Shown: positions 44,246 to 57,833 of the stretch, piece by piece
Position numbering within the stretch: position 1 is the stretch's first letter
Layout of the letters: each line of letters opens with the position of its first letter
Assembly (NCBI GenBank): GCA_047602265.1
Contig: JASGHU010000002.1
Span: forward strand, 2,299 to 66,298
DNA length: 64,000 bases
DNA from: Spongiibacteraceae bacterium
GTDB lineage: Bacteria; Pseudomonadota; Gammaproteobacteria; Pseudomonadales; CAMLJR01
Direction: 5' to 3'
The notes under the pieces: model-generated
Told to the model about the DNA's origin: nothing
Seen by the model: only the letters and a program-made list of their open reading frames with translations
Databases searched by the model: none
Translations under genes and position numbers: made by a program

Positions 44246-45766
44246 TTAATTCTTCGCGCTGTCGGCGTCAGTTTGGATTGCTGTGGATTGAGCCCCACTG
44301 GTTTGGGCCATGGACGCCGCACGAAAAATCGCGCGCGCCTTATTCATGGTTTCTTTCCACTCCAAACGCGGCACCGAGTCCGCCACCACGCCGCCACCCG
44401 CTTGCGCGTACAGGCGACCGTCTTTGATTACGGCGGTGCGAATCGCAATCGCCGTATCCATATTGCCATTCCAGCCGAGATAACCGACGGCGCCGCCATA
44501 AATACCGCGCTTCACCGGTTCCAACTCGTCGATGATTTCCATCGCGCGCACTTTCGGCGCGCCGGATAACGTGCCTGCCGGCAATGTCGCGCGCAGCACA
44601 TCCATCGACGATAAATTCGGTTTTAATTTTCCGATCACGTTCGACACGATATGCATCACGAACGCGTAACGCTCGACACTCATTTGATCCGTGACGACCA
44701 CCGAACCAATTTCCGCGACACGACCGACATCGTTGCGTCCCAAATCGATCAGCATCAAATGCTCGGCAATTTCTTTGGGATCGGCGAGCAATTCGGCTTC
44801 GAGCGCCTTATCTTCCGCTTCGGTATGACCGCGCCGGCGCGTACCTGCGATGGGGCGAACAGTGATCTCACCGTTTTCCGAACGCGCGAGAATTTCAGGA
44901 CTGGAGCCTGCGATTTGAAACTCGCCGAGATCGAGAAAATACAAATATGGCGAGGGATTCAGATGCCGCAACGCGCGATAGAAATTGATCGGCTCAGCGG
45001 TGAATGGAATCGACAAACGTTGCGACGGCACCACTTGCATGATGTCACCCGCCAACGTGTATTCCTTAATACGCTCAACCGCCGCGAAATATTTTTCTTC
45101 GCCGAAATGCGACTTGAATGCGCTCTCCGGCAATTCACCCGGCTGCGGCGCCAACGGCGGCAATACCGGCGGCGCCGAGCGCAAACGCAGTTCCAATTGA
45201 TCGAGTTTTTGCTCGGCGTGCAGCAGCGCATCGTTCTGCGCCGGGTCGGCGTGCGTGATGAGTTTGAGCGTGCCGTTGAGATTATCGAAAACGATAACGT
45301 CTTCGGACAGCATCAATAAAATATCGGGCGTACCGAGCTCATCGTGCGGGCAAGTTTTTGCGAGTTTTTTCTCGACGTAGCGTACGGTGTCGTAACCGAA
45401 ATAACCGACCAGGCCGCCTGAAAACGCGGGCAGACCATCGACAGGAGCAACGCGATAACGCTGCTCGAATTGCTCGACGAACGCGAGCGGATCGGTTTCG
45501 GGGTGCTGCTCAATCACTTCGCCATCGCGATACACACGCACGTAATGGCCATAGACCTTGATGATCGTGCGCGCGGGCAGACCGATGATCGAATAGCGCC
45601 CCCACTTCTCGCCGCCCTGCACCGACTCGAACAGATACGAATAGGCACCGCGCGCGAGTTTCAAATACGCACTGAGCGGAGTGTCGAGATCGGCGAATAC
45701 ATCGCGATGAACGGGAATACGGTTGAAATTCTGCGCCGCCAGCTCGGCGAAACGTCGGGAGTCCAT
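44246..45766 (-). CDS. trpE: Anthranilate synthase component I
   Basis: [41 protein letters not shown]. Confidence 0.95.
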   Translation of the reverse strand: MDSRRFAELAAQNFNRIPVHRDVFADLDTPLSAYLKLARGAYSYLFESVQGGEKWGRYSIIGLPARTIIKVYGHYVRVYRDGEVIEQHPETDPLAFVEQFEQRYRVAPVDGLPAFSGGLVGYFGYDTVRYVEKKLAKTCPHDELGTPDILLMLSEDVIVFDNLNGTLKLITHADPAQNDALLHAEQKLDQLELRLRSAPPVLPPLAPQPGELPESAFKSHFGEEKYFAAVERIKEYTLAGDIMQVVPSQRLSIPFTAEPINFYRALRHLNPSPYLYFLDLGEFQIAGSSPEILARSENGEITVRPIAGTRRRGHTEAEDKALEAELLADPKEIAEHLMLIDLGRNDVGRVAEIGSVVVTDQMSVERYAFVMHIVSNVIGKLKPNLSSMDVLRATLPAGTLSGAPKVRAMEIIDELEPVKRGIYGGAVGYLGWNGNMDTAIAIRTAVIKDGRLYAQAGGGVVADSVPRLEWKETMNKARAIFRAASMAQTSGAQSTAIQTDADSAKN

Positions 45767-46006
45767 GCTGATATCCTCGAAGAAACGTTAATAAACAGGC
45801 GTCGGGTTAAGACGCGGCAAACACTGCGATGGCAATTACCATCGCCAACGCGTTACCTCACGCACATGCAGTGCGATCTGTTTATCAAGAGCAGTCGAGC
45901 TCACCGCGCATTCTCCGAGTATAGAAAGAGGCCAAAAAAAGCCGCTGAAGAAAGAAGAAAGTGACCGCATTCTACCGGCACTGGCGAAGGATAGGCAAAG
46001 GAAAAG

Positions 46007-46714
46007 TCAGACGGCGATCAGATCAAGGAACGAGTCGATAATGAGATCGGGCTTCTCCGCCTCGATGGGGCGGCCATGGTTGTACCCGTGGCGCACGCAA
46101 ATCACCGGCATGCCGGCCGCGCGCGCGGCGCGCACATCGTTGCGCGAATCGCCGACCATGATCGCTCGCGCCGGCGCTACGTCGAGTTGTCGACAGGCTT
46201 CGAGCAATGGCGCGGGATCGGGTTTTCGCTGTGGCAAGATATCGCCGCTCACAACCACCGGCAGCCATTCGCGCAGATCGAAATGATCGATCAACGGCTC
46301 GGTGAAACGAGCGCCTTTATTGGTGACGCACGCCATGCGTATTCCGCGCTCGTAACAATATTGCAACGCTTCGCGCACACCGGGGAACAAATGGCTGCTG
46401 TGATTGAGGCACTCGCCATAATGGCGTTGATAAATTTGCAACGCCTTATCCACTAACACACCGTTAACCGACGCATCGTTAATCGATAAGTGATCATCAC
46501 TGGTTATCGCAAACTGTAACGCCTCAATTACCAACTGACGCGCACCATCACCGACCCATTGCGACACGCGCTCGATGCCCGCCAACGGCAAATGTAATTC
46601 CGCGAGCATGCGATCAATCGCAATTGCGAGATCGGGCGCACTCGCGAGCAGTGTGCCATCGAGATCAAACAGCAGCGCTTCGACGGGGTCGCGCAATAGT
46701 TTTTCAAAACTCAT
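46007..46714 (-). CDS. gph: Phosphoglycolate phosphatase (HAD superfamily)
   Basis: LLFDLDGTLLASAPDL, VTNK, MVGDSRNDVRAARAAGM. It lies between rpe and trpE, as in Pseudomonas. Confidence 0.85.
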   Translation of the reverse strand: MSFEKLLRDPVEALLFDLDGTLLASAPDLAIAIDRMLAELHLPLAGIERVSQWVGDGARQLVIEALQFAITSDDHLSINDASVNGVLVDKALQIYQRHYGECLNHSSHLFPGVREALQYCYERGIRMACVTNKGARFTEPLIDHFDLREWLPVVVSGDILPQRKPDPAPLLEACRQLDVAPARAIMVGDSRNDVRAARAAGMPVICVRHGYNHGRPIEAEKPDLIIDSFLDLIAV

Positions 46715-46731
46715 ATAAACAACTTAAAAAT

Positions 46732-47400
46732 TTAAACGTTCGCGAGTTCAGCACGCATCGCATCGATCACAGCTTTGTAATCGGGCTGATTGAAAATTGC
46801 CGAGCCCGCAACAAATGTATCAGCGCCTGCCGCGGCGATTTCACGAATATTTTTCGCGCTGATGCCGCCGTCGACTTCGAGACGAATATCGAAGCCACTC
46901 GCATCGATCAACGCACGCACTTCGCGAATTTTATCGATCGTCGATGGAATGAATTTCTGCCCGCCGAATCCCGGGTTCACCGACATCAATAAAATCATAT
47001 CGACTTTATCGAGCACATATTTCAGCGGTTCGATGCCGACGTGTGGATTGAGCACGAGCCCGCCTTTACAACCGGTATCGCGAATTAATTGCAGCGAACG
47101 ATCGACGTGCGTCGATGCATCCGGATGGAACGTGATGTACGATGCCCCGGCTTTGGCAAAATCACCGATGAGTTGATCGACCGGACTCACCATCAGATGC
47201 ACATCGATCGGCGCAGTGATGCCGTACTTGCGCAATGCCTGACACACCATCGGGCCGATCGTGAGATTCGGCACATAATGATTATCCATCACATCGAAAT
47301 GCACGATGTCAGCACCAGCCGCAAGCACGGCATCGACTTCAGCGCCGAGGCGTGCGAAATCCGCAGAGAGAATCGATGGTGCAATCCAAAAATTGGTCAT
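46732..47400 (-). CDS. rpe: Ribulose-phosphate 3-epimerase
   Basis: [46 protein letters not shown]. Confidence 0.95.
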   Translation of the reverse strand: MTNFWIAPSILSADFARLGAEVDAVLAAGADIVHFDVMDNHYVPNLTIGPMVCQALRKYGITAPIDVHLMVSPVDQLIGDFAKAGASYITFHPDASTHVDRSLQLIRDTGCKGGLVLNPHVGIEPLKYVLDKVDMILLMSVNPGFGGQKFIPSTIDKIREVRALIDASGFDIRLEVDGGISAKNIREIAAAGADTFVAGSAIFNQPDYKAVIDAMRAELANV

Positions 47401-47503
47401 TGGCTCTTACCCATGCAACGAAAAACTAACTATGGAGCGAAAATCGCGAGAGCCGCTATTCTAATCAGGCAGCGCGCACTCTTCGACAGGAAAATCTCCA
47501 CTC

Positions 47504-48523
47504 ATGAAAAAACTGGTCGCCATCATCCTATCCGGCTGGCTATGCGGCGCAGCGTTTGCGCAATCCAATCCATCGCCCGCCGCAAATGCGCAATCGACCG
47601 CCGGATCTCAAGCAGTGCCATCAACTCAAACGACGCCTGCCAGCATTGGCAGTGTCGGCAACAACAATGCGCTCTACACCGATCGCATTCCGCCCGAGCA
47701 AATGCTTACGCTCGACGCTGGCAGCGATAAATTTCAAGCCCGCCACATTGCCGATCTTTCGGGACAGCCGCGCGGAGCCGTCATTATTCTGCACGATTCG
47801 GGACAGCACCCGAGCTGGCCATTCACCGCCGCTGCGCTGATCGACGATTTACCACTACACGGCTGGGATGTGCTGAATATCGAATTGCCCACACCAGCGA
47901 TCGAGAATGCAAAACCAGAGGCATCGACACAGACGGCGCCTGCTGCTGCAAATAATTCGCCGGCAGCGGCAAATGCTGCACCCAACACTCCCGCAACAAC
48001 TACCGCCACTCCCACAACAACTACCGCCCCACAGACAACGACAACCGCTATCGAACCGCAGGCGCAAACGCGCATCAGTGCGGCGATTAAATACTATGCC
48101 GATCAGAATCAGCGCAATATCGTGCTGATCGGATTTGGCAGCGGAGCAACTCGCGCTGCGGAAAATTTGCGATCGATTATTGCAGCCACGCCCAACAGTA
48201 CCGCACCGCTCAGCGCACTCGTTATGATTGCGCCACTGCAACAACTCAATGGCATTGAGATGAATTTACCGAAACTGCTGCCGCTGACAGGAATCGCTGC
48301 GCTCGATATGGTGCTCGATAACGATGTGCAGGCTCGCGCAGAAGCGGAAGCGCGTCGCCGCGCCGTCTTACACCAGCGCACGCGCATTTACACGCGACTG
48401 GAGTTGCCACCATTGAACAATGCGAGCGATCCGCAGCACAGTCTCATGGTGAAACGTGTGCGTACGTGGCTGCAGAAAAATGCGGTTGAGCCGACAGCGC
48501 CCGCGCAACCAATCACGCCATAA
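47504..48523 (+). CDS. DUF3530-like secreted alpha/beta-hydrolase-fold protein with T/A/P-rich linker
   Basis: Signal peptide MKKLVAIILSGWLCGAAFA. AVIILHDSGQHPSWPFTAAALIDDLPLHGWDVLNIELP and IVLIGFGSGATRAAE resemble DUF3530 as I recall it. There is an internal low-complexity stretch AAANNSPAAANAAPNTPATTTATPTTTTAPQTTTT. Confidence 0.5.
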   Translation: MKKLVAIILSGWLCGAAFAQSNPSPAANAQSTAGSQAVPSTQTTPASIGSVGNNNALYTDRIPPEQMLTLDAGSDKFQARHIADLSGQPRGAVIILHDSGQHPSWPFTAAALIDDLPLHGWDVLNIELPTPAIENAKPEASTQTAPAAANNSPAAANAAPNTPATTTATPTTTTAPQTTTTAIEPQAQTRISAAIKYYADQNQRNIVLIGFGSGATRAAENLRSIIAATPNSTAPLSALVMIAPLQQLNGIEMNLPKLLPLTGIAALDMVLDNDVQARAEAEARRRAVLHQRTRIYTRLELPPLNNASDPQHSLMVKRVRTWLQKNAVEPTAPAQPITP

Positions 48524-48550
48524 TTAACAAAAAAACCAAGGAGATTTAAC

Positions 48551-48781
48551 GTGGATAGCGATTTTGCCTTCGCAACCCTTTTCAATTTTTCGGTCAATAT
48601 TGCCTACACGGTCACCGCATTGTTGGTTGCGGTACTGTCATTGAAAATCGTCGACAAATTACTTCTCAAGAAATTGGACATTGAAGATGAATTAAAGAAA
48701 AACAATATAGCTGTCGCTATTTTTTCCTCATCCATACTCGTTTTTGTGGCGATCTTGGTTGCACAAGGATTGCGCGGCTAA
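48551..48781 (+). CDS. DUF350 (YjfL-like) small membrane protein
   Basis: GTG start preceded by AAGGAG. 76 aa with two TM helices and the charged loop KLDIEDELKKNNIAVA typical of DUF350. Visibly more AT-rich than its neighbours. Confidence 0.7.
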   Translation: MDSDFAFATLFNFSVNIAYTVTALLVAVLSLKIVDKLLLKKLDIEDELKKNNIAVAIFSSSILVFVAILVAQGLRG

Positions 48782-48789
48782 CCCGCATA

Positions 48790-51339
<2,550 letters not shown>

Positions 51340-51555
51340 GGTCGGTATTTGGAATCCATTATCAATGGCTGCATTACAGCGGTGGGAACGCGCGTCGCGC
51401 TTTGGCGATCAGGCACTAATGCTTTATTATCCACGCTCGCGTAAAGTCCGGCAAAAATCGATGCTGCCGGCGACCGCAATCGCCGCTGTCCACCAGCGCC
51501 GATACCGACCACAGTGACCGGCTGTCGTCATTACAAAAAATCCGAGAGCGCCTAA

Positions 51556-54117
51556 TTGACCTATCTGTCTCGGCCGACTTTTTATCTTTCGGCCAGCCTG
51601 CTGTTATTGCCGGCGACCGCCTATGCTGCGGATGGCTGGTCGTGCTTGCCATCGGCCGATGGCGGCTGGTCGTGCTCGGCAAAATCCGAGCAACCGGTAT
51701 CGGCAAACACTGCCGCGCCGAAGGTGACTGAGCCAAGCACGACCGCAGCGCAGCCAGCCTCGACGCAACCTAGCGCGGCCACATCGCAATCGCCCGCACC
51801 GGCAACAACCGCTACTCCTACACACTCTACCCAAGCGAAGACCCTGCCGGAGTCGGGATGGGACTGGATCGCCACGACGGCCGCACTGCCCAACGCGCAA
51901 TGCTCGCAACCGAGCCCCGCCTGCGACGGCTTTTATGTGGAGGCGCCGCTGGATTGGGAGGATTCCGACAAATCGCCGAAGGATGTGCCCGCACGCATCA
52001 GCGCCGCGCATGCGGAATGGGAAGGCGATATCGTCAAGATGGATGGCGGCGTGATATTGACGCGCGGCAACACGCAGTTGATCGCCGAGCGTGCCGATTT
52101 CAATCGCAGCACCAATCACGTCAATCTGTACGGCAAGGTCATCGTGCGCCAGCCGCACCTGAAAATCAGCGGCAATAGCGCCGATGTGACGACGGATAAC
52201 AATTTCGGTCACGTCATCGATGCGCGCATGCTCGATTACAAAGCGGGGATTCGCGTCACTGCAGAGAAACTCACGCGTCGTAAAGAAAGCGTTATTGAAC
52301 TCGATCGCGCCACTTACACGATCTGCCCGCCGGAAAAAGAAGATTGGCGGCTGGACTCAAAACGCATTCGCCTGAATCGCGAAACCGGACGCGGCGAAGC
52401 TGGGCACACCGTGATTCGTGTCGCCGATGTGCCCGTGTTTTACACGCCGTATCTCAATTTCCCGATCGACGATCGCCGCCAATCCGGTTTTCTCTGGCCG
52501 ATCATGGGCAAAAGCTCGTCGGGATTTGATCTCTCGATTCCGTATTACCTGAACCTTGCGCCGAATTATGACGCGACGCTATCGCCGCGTCTGATCACCG
52601 ATCACGGCACGATGCTGGAAGCCGAGGGGCGCTATCTCAATCGCTTCAGCAACTGGGTGCTCAGCGGCAACCAGCTGAAAAACGATGAAGCCTCGGGCGA
52701 TGATCGCTGGCTGGTCGGTCTTCAGGAAAACGGCAATCTCAACAGTTATTTCTCGACAAACATCGATTACACGCGCGTCAGCGATAACGATTATTTCAGC
52801 GATTTCAGCATCAACAGCATCAATATCAAACGCCAAACCGCGCTGAACCAACAAGCCTCGCTCAATCTCGGCTACCTGAATTGGTTTTCGTCGCTGCAGG
52901 TGCAGCGCTATCAAATCATCGATGAGCTCGTCGCCGAACCGTACCGCAAGGCGCCGCAATTCACGCTGGGCCGCAGCGCCGATGGCGATAATTTCAAACT
53001 CGATTATTCGCTGTTTTCGGAAATCACGCGCTTCGATCACACCAATCCGAACTCGACCACCGATCTCGGCAGCCCCTGGATCACCGGCACCCGTACTTAC
53101 GTCGAACCCGGCATCAGCTTCCCGATGCGCTGGACTTCGAGCTTTATCAATCCTGAGTTCCGCATGCGCTACGTCGGTTACAACCTCAACCGACCCGACT
53201 CGCAGCCCGGCGAAACCCAACCGAGCGCATTAGTACCGGAAACCATTCTCGACGCAGGTGTCTTTTTTGAGCGCGAAACCGAACTGTTCGGCAGCTCATA
53301 TCTGCAAACGCTGGAGCCACGCCTTTACTATCTCTACAGCCCATATCAGGATCAAAGCGATCAGCCGCTGTTCGACACCAATCGGCTGACCTTCGATTAT
53401 CAGCAATTGTTTCAACCGCGCCGCCTGATCGGCCAGGACCGACTCGAAGATTTCAATCAGCTCGCGTTCGGTATGACCTCGCGCATGATCGACGATGAAT
53501 CCGGCGCCGAGCTCGGCCGCGCCAGCGTCGGCCAGATTTTCTATTTTGCCGATCGTCGTATTGACGCCACGATCAATGATTCGGTTGCCGATCAGGCAAA
53601 TTCCGCGATTGCCGGCCAGGTTGTGCTGCAGCCATCCAACTCATTGTGGGCAGCCAGCAATATCCTGTGGGATCAGAGTAATAACAACATCGAGCAGGGC
53701 AACGTTTCGGTTCACCATGTCGCCAAGAGTGGTGCGATTTTCAACGTGGCGTATCGCTACCATCAAATCGACCCGACGGTCTCGACGCTCTCGAACGGAT
53801 TGCGCCAGGCCGATGTCTCTGCGGCATTGCCGCTGAGCCGACGCTGGCGTCTGCTGGCGCGTCTGAATTACGACCTGGATCTGCACACGCCGCTCGAAGA
53901 TCTGGTCGGTTTCGAATACGAAGACTGTTGCTGGTTTGTCCGCTTTGCGTATCAGCGCGCCGCCTTGGCCGACACATTAGACGTTCTCGGCGAACCGATT
54001 TTGGAACGCGACGAAACATTTATGATCGAATTTCAGTTGAAAGGGCTCGGCGGTTTGGGCCAAAAAATGAATTCGCTGCTGCAAGAAAGTATCTGGGGGT
54101 ATCGTGACCGCTATTAA
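51556..54117 (+). CDS. lptD: LPS-assembly outer membrane protein LptD, with extended low-complexity N-terminal region
   Basis: TTG start and signal peptide ..LLLLPATAYA. OstA-like N domain (ADFNRSTNHVNLYGKV), a large beta-barrel, and surA immediately downstream. Confidence 0.9.
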   Translation: MTYLSRPTFYLSASLLLLPATAYAADGWSCLPSADGGWSCSAKSEQPVSANTAAPKVTEPSTTAAQPASTQPSAATSQSPAPATTATPTHSTQAKTLPESGWDWIATTAALPNAQCSQPSPACDGFYVEAPLDWEDSDKSPKDVPARISAAHAEWEGDIVKMDGGVILTRGNTQLIAERADFNRSTNHVNLYGKVIVRQPHLKISGNSADVTTDNNFGHVIDARMLDYKAGIRVTAEKLTRRKESVIELDRATYTICPPEKEDWRLDSKRIRLNRETGRGEAGHTVIRVADVPVFYTPYLNFPIDDRRQSGFLWPIMGKSSSGFDLSIPYYLNLAPNYDATLSPRLITDHGTMLEAEGRYLNRFSNWVLSGNQLKNDEASGDDRWLVGLQENGNLNSYFSTNIDYTRVSDNDYFSDFSINSINIKRQTALNQQASLNLGYLNWFSSLQVQRYQIIDELVAEPYRKAPQFTLGRSADGDNFKLDYSLFSEITRFDHTNPNSTTDLGSPWITGTRTYVEPGISFPMRWTSSFINPEFRMRYVGYNLNRPDSQPGETQPSALVPETILDAGVFFERETELFGSSYLQTLEPRLYYLYSPYQDQSDQPLFDTNRLTFDYQQLFQPRRLIGQDRLEDFNQLAFGMTSRMIDDESGAELGRASVGQIFYFADRRIDATINDSVADQANSAIAGQVVLQPSNSLWAASNILWDQSNNNIEQGNVSVHHVAKSGAIFNVAYRYHQIDPTVSTLSNGLRQADVSAALPLSRRWRLLARLNYDLDLHTPLEDLVGFEYEDCCWFVRFAYQRAALADTLDVLGEPILERDETFMIEFQLKGLGGLGQKMNSLLQESIWGYRDRY

Positions 54118-55483
54118 ATTCAACGCATCGATGAGCAGGTTCAACCAATGCGTGAAATGGTGCGGCGCGCTCGCACTCTATCTGCATCTCGCCGCGCCAG
54201 CATTCGCACAGGCCGTTGCGGAAACGCAGACCCCCACTGACGCTCAGGCATCGGCTGAAAACGTAGCGGATGGCAACGCGCAACAGCAATTGCTCGATCG
54301 TGTGATCGCGATCGTCGATGACGATGTCATTCTGGCGAGCGAGCTGCAGAGCGCCGTCAATCGCATCACGGTGAATATCAAACGCGCGAAACGCGAAGTG
54401 CCGCCCGCGGATATTTTGCGCCGCCAGGTATTCGATCAACTTGTGCTCGATAGTCTGCAATTGCAAATCGCCAAACGCGCGGGTGTACGCATTCAGGACA
54501 GCGAGCTGAACGATCAGCTCGAACAGATCGCGCGTCAGAACAATATGACGCTCGAACAGTTTTCGCAGGCGCTATCCAAAGACGGCGTCCCCTACAACGA
54601 ATTGCGCGAACAATTGCGCCGCGAAATGTTAATCCGTCGCGTGCAACAAGGCAGTGTCAGCGAACGCGTCCAGATTACCGATCAGGAAGTGGAAAACTTT
54701 TTGAACTCGGCGGAAGGCCGTCAGGCGACCGCACCGCAATTTCACGTGCAACACATATTGCTGCCGATCAGCGAAGGCGATAACGCTTCTGCAGTGCAAC
54801 GCTTCGCCGAACAAATCACGCAACGACTGCGCGCCGGCGAGGATTTCAACAGCATGGCATCGCTGGCGGGGCCGGTTAAAGCGCAGAGCAGCGATCTCGG
54901 CTGGCACAACAGCGATGAGTTGCCGACACTCGTCGCCGATGTCACCGCCAATTTGAAAGCCGGCGAAATCGCTGATCCCGTGCGCAGCCCAAGCGGTTAT
55001 CACATTATTAAACTGGCCGAAGTGCGCGGCAAAGGCGAAGTGATCGAGCAGACCAAAGCGCGCCATATTCTGTTGAAGCCTTCGGCCATTCGCAGCGATG
55101 CGCAGTGCAAACAATTGGCCTCGGAACTGCGCCAGCGCCTGCTCAATGGCGGCGATTTTGCTGCGCTCGCACGCCAGCACTCCGAAGATATTGGCTCTGC
55201 GATGGAAGGCGGCGAACTCGGCTGGACCAACCCGGGGCAGCTCGTCGCAGCATTTCAGCGCGCGATGGATACCACAAAAATCGGCGAAATCAGCGAGCCG
55301 TTCCAAACGCGTTACGGCTGGCACATCGTTCTCGTCGAGGATCGTCGCAAGCAGGATGTGACCGACGAAATTCGGCGCAATGTCGCGCGCAATTATTTGC
55401 ACGAGAAAAAATATCAGGAAGAGCTCGATAACTGGTTGCGCAAAATTCGCGACGGCGCGTTTGTCGATATCAAGAAAGTGTAA
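54104..55483 (+). CDS. surA: Periplasmic chaperone / PPIase SurA
   Basis: Signal peptide ending PAFAQA, VIAIVDDDVILASEL, and two parvulin domains (FHVQHILL.., ARHILLKP..GGELGW). The start is uncertain (GTG at 54104 overlapping lptD, or ATG at 54131). Confidence 0.9.
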   Translation: MTAIKFNASMSRFNQCVKWCGALALYLHLAAPAFAQAVAETQTPTDAQASAENVADGNAQQQLLDRVIAIVDDDVILASELQSAVNRITVNIKRAKREVPPADILRRQVFDQLVLDSLQLQIAKRAGVRIQDSELNDQLEQIARQNNMTLEQFSQALSKDGVPYNELREQLRREMLIRRVQQGSVSERVQITDQEVENFLNSAEGRQATAPQFHVQHILLPISEGDNASAVQRFAEQITQRLRAGEDFNSMASLAGPVKAQSSDLGWHNSDELPTLVADVTANLKAGEIADPVRSPSGYHIIKLAEVRGKGEVIEQTKARHILLKPSAIRSDAQCKQLASELRQRLLNGGDFAALARQHSEDIGSAMEGGELGWTNPGQLVAAFQRAMDTTKIGEISEPFQTRYGWHIVLVEDRRKQDVTDEIRRNVARNYLHEKKYQEELDNWLRKIRDGAFVDIKKV

Positions 55484-55546
55484 TTCGCGCTTTCGCGTAG
55501 CTGATGTAAATCGATGTGCAATACCAATCTATGACTGACGCAATCT

Positions 55547-56575
55547 ATGCCTGACAACGCGCCGATAATTCCCCGCATTGCGCTCACTCCCGGTGAGCCT
55601 GCGGGTATCGGCCCCGATTTAATCATTACGTTGGCGCAGCAACAACACGGTGCGCAATTGATCGCGATTGCCGATCCGAATTTATTGCAGCAGCGCGCGC
55701 AACAACTCGGCCTCCCTCTGCGCATTCGCGAATGGAACAACACAATACCCACACAACCGAATTCGGCGGGTGAATTGCTGGTCGCCCCGGTAACGCTTTC
55801 AGCACCGGTGCGCGCAGGAACACTCGACAAAGCCAACGCGCCGTATGTTTTACGCACGCTCGAAATCGCCGCCGATGGCTGCATGAAAAATTATTTCGAT
55901 GCCATCGTCACCGCGCCCGTGCACAAAGGCATCATTAACGATGCCGGTATTGCATTCAGCGGCCACACCGAATTTTTCGCCGAGCGCACGCACGCAGAAA
56001 ATGTCGTGATGATGCTGGCGACCGAACAATTGCGTGTGGCACTGGCGACAACGCATTTGCCGCTGGCCGAAGTGCCGCGTCATATCACGCGCGAAACGCT
56101 CACCACCATACTGCATATTTTGCATCGCGATCTGCGCGACAAATTCGGCATCGCACAACCGCGCATCGTTGTGCTCGGTTTAAATCCGCACGCAGGCGAA
56201 GGTGGTCATCTGGGGCGTGAAGAAATCGATGTGATCGAGCCGTGCCTGCACACACTGCGCAACCACGGGATGAATTTAATCGGCCCGCTGCCCGCCGACA
56301 CCGCATTCACACCGAAAATATTGCAACACGCCGATGCCGTGCTCGCGATGTATCACGATCAAGGTTTACCGGTGCTCAAATATCAGGGCTTCGGTCGTGC
56401 GGTGAATATCACGCTCGGCCTGCCGATCATTCGCACCTCGGTCGATCACGGTACCGCGCTCGATTTAGCCGGCACCGGCAAAGCCGATAGCGGCAGTTTG
56501 CAAACTGCGCTCGCACTCGCCTGCGATCTCGTACAAAAAAGTGCGCGCCCAACAACTCATGCAATGTCGCAGTAA
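55547..56575 (+). CDS. pdxA: 4-hydroxythreonine-4-phosphate dehydrogenase
   Basis: [55 protein letters not shown]. Confidence 0.95.
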   Translation: MPDNAPIIPRIALTPGEPAGIGPDLIITLAQQQHGAQLIAIADPNLLQQRAQQLGLPLRIREWNNTIPTQPNSAGELLVAPVTLSAPVRAGTLDKANAPYVLRTLEIAADGCMKNYFDAIVTAPVHKGIINDAGIAFSGHTEFFAERTHAENVVMMLATEQLRVALATTHLPLAEVPRHITRETLTTILHILHRDLRDKFGIAQPRIVVLGLNPHAGEGGHLGREEIDVIEPCLHTLRNHGMNLIGPLPADTAFTPKILQHADAVLAMYHDQGLPVLKYQGFGRAVNITLGLPIIRTSVDHGTALDLAGTGKADSGSLQTALALACDLVQKSARPTTHAMSQ

Positions 56576-56588
56576 CGGAGCCGCTTTA

Positions 56589-57431
56589 GTGGAACATCGC
56601 GCACGCAAACGTTTTGGTCAGAATTTTCTGCACGATCAAAATATCATTCATCGCATCGTGCGCGCTATTCGTCCGCAGCCCGGCGATACGCTACTCGAAA
56701 TCGGCCCCGGTCAAGGTGCGATCACATCGGAACTGCTCGACAGCGGCTGCCAGCTGCACGCGCTTGAACTCGATCGCGATCTTGTCGAAATTCTCACGCG
56801 CAAATTCGGCGATCGCTCCAACTTTCATCTGCAACAAGGCGACGCACTCAAACTCGATATTCAACGCTTGATCGACACTGCGCAATTGCCGCCAGCAACG
56901 CAGCTGCGCGTCGTCGGCAATTTGCCCTACAACATTTCGACGCCGCTGATTTTTCATCTGCTCGCGCAAAGCGCGCACATTGCCGATATGCATTTCATGC
57001 TGCAAAAAGAAGTGGTCGAGCGCTTGGCTGCATTACCAAACAACAAAGAATACGGTCGCCTCGGCATCATGACGCAATATTTTTGCCGCATCGAACCCAT
57101 CATTGAAGTACCGCCCGGCGCCTTTTCGCCGCAGCCCAAGGTGCAATCGGCCGTGGTAAGATTGACGCCCTACGCGGCGCTGCCCCATCCCGCGAAATCG
57201 GTGGAAAATCTGCAGCGCGTTGTGCGCGCCGCGTTCAGCCAGCGCCGCAAAACATTGCGCAACGCCTTGCAAACTTTGCTGAACGCCGATGATATCAGCG
57301 CTTGCGATATCGACCCCGGCGCCCGTCCGGAAACGCTGTCGCTGCCGCAATACGTTGCGCTGGCGGACAGACTCGGCAACGACGCTGCGGCGGACATCGA
57401 ATCTGCCACGCGAATGAATATCTCTGAATAG
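56589..57431 (+). CDS. rsmA: 16S rRNA (adenine1518/1519-N6)-dimethyltransferase
   Basis: GTG at 56589 with ACGGAG 8 nt upstream gives (M)[19 protein letters not shown].., then [11 protein letters not shown] and [10 protein letters not shown]. The alternative ATG at 56559 overlaps pdxA. Confidence 0.9.
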   Translation: MEHRARKRFGQNFLHDQNIIHRIVRAIRPQPGDTLLEIGPGQGAITSELLDSGCQLHALELDRDLVEILTRKFGDRSNFHLQQGDALKLDIQRLIDTAQLPPATQLRVVGNLPYNISTPLIFHLLAQSAHIADMHFMLQKEVVERLAALPNNKEYGRLGIMTQYFCRIEPIIEVPPGAFSPQPKVQSAVVRLTPYAALPHPAKSVENLQRVVRAAFSQRRKTLRNALQTLLNADDISACDIDPGARPETLSLPQYVALADRLGNDAAADIESATRMNISE

Positions 57432-57442
57432 GCCTTGCATAT

Positions 57443-57820
57443 ATGTCGGACAGTAGCGCCATAAAAATCGATGTCGTCACGCGTTATCTGCCCGATCAAT
57501 CCGCTCCCAATGAAAATCGCTTCGTGTTTGCTTACACGATTACGATCAGCAATCGGGGCGCCGATGCAGTTCGCCTCTTGTCGCGGCATTGGCGCATCAC
57601 CGACGCAAATAATCGCGTACAAGAAGTCCGCGGCGAAGGCGTCGTAGGCGAGCAGCCGTTGATCGCCCCCGGCGACAGCTACACCTACACCAGCGGCTCG
57701 ATGTTGGAAACTCCAGTCGGCACCATGGAAGGCAGTTATCAGATGATCGGCACCGATGGCCTGCGCTTCGACGCCCCCATTCCCGTGTTTTCGCTCGCCC
57801 AGCCGGGCGCACTGCACTGA
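57443..57820 (+). CDS. apaG: ApaG (DUF525) protein
   Basis: [41 protein letters not shown], the canonical ApaG sequence. Confidence 0.92.
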   Translation: MSDSSAIKIDVVTRYLPDQSAPNENRFVFAYTITISNRGADAVRLLSRHWRITDANNRVQEVRGEGVVGEQPLIAPGDSYTYTSGSMLETPVGTMEGSYQMIGTDGLRFDAPIPVFSLAQPGALH

Positions 57821-57833
57821 AGCCGATAGATCG

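Noticed and set aside
45767-46006. Tryptophan attenuator or leader peptide upstream of trpE, and a sigma-70-like TTGCCT-18-TAGAAT (45998..45969, minus strand).
   Set aside because: None of the small leader ORFs contains Trp codons, and no terminator/antiterminator pair with a U-run is evident. The promoter-like hexamers are plausible but unsupported, so they are not reported as a feature.
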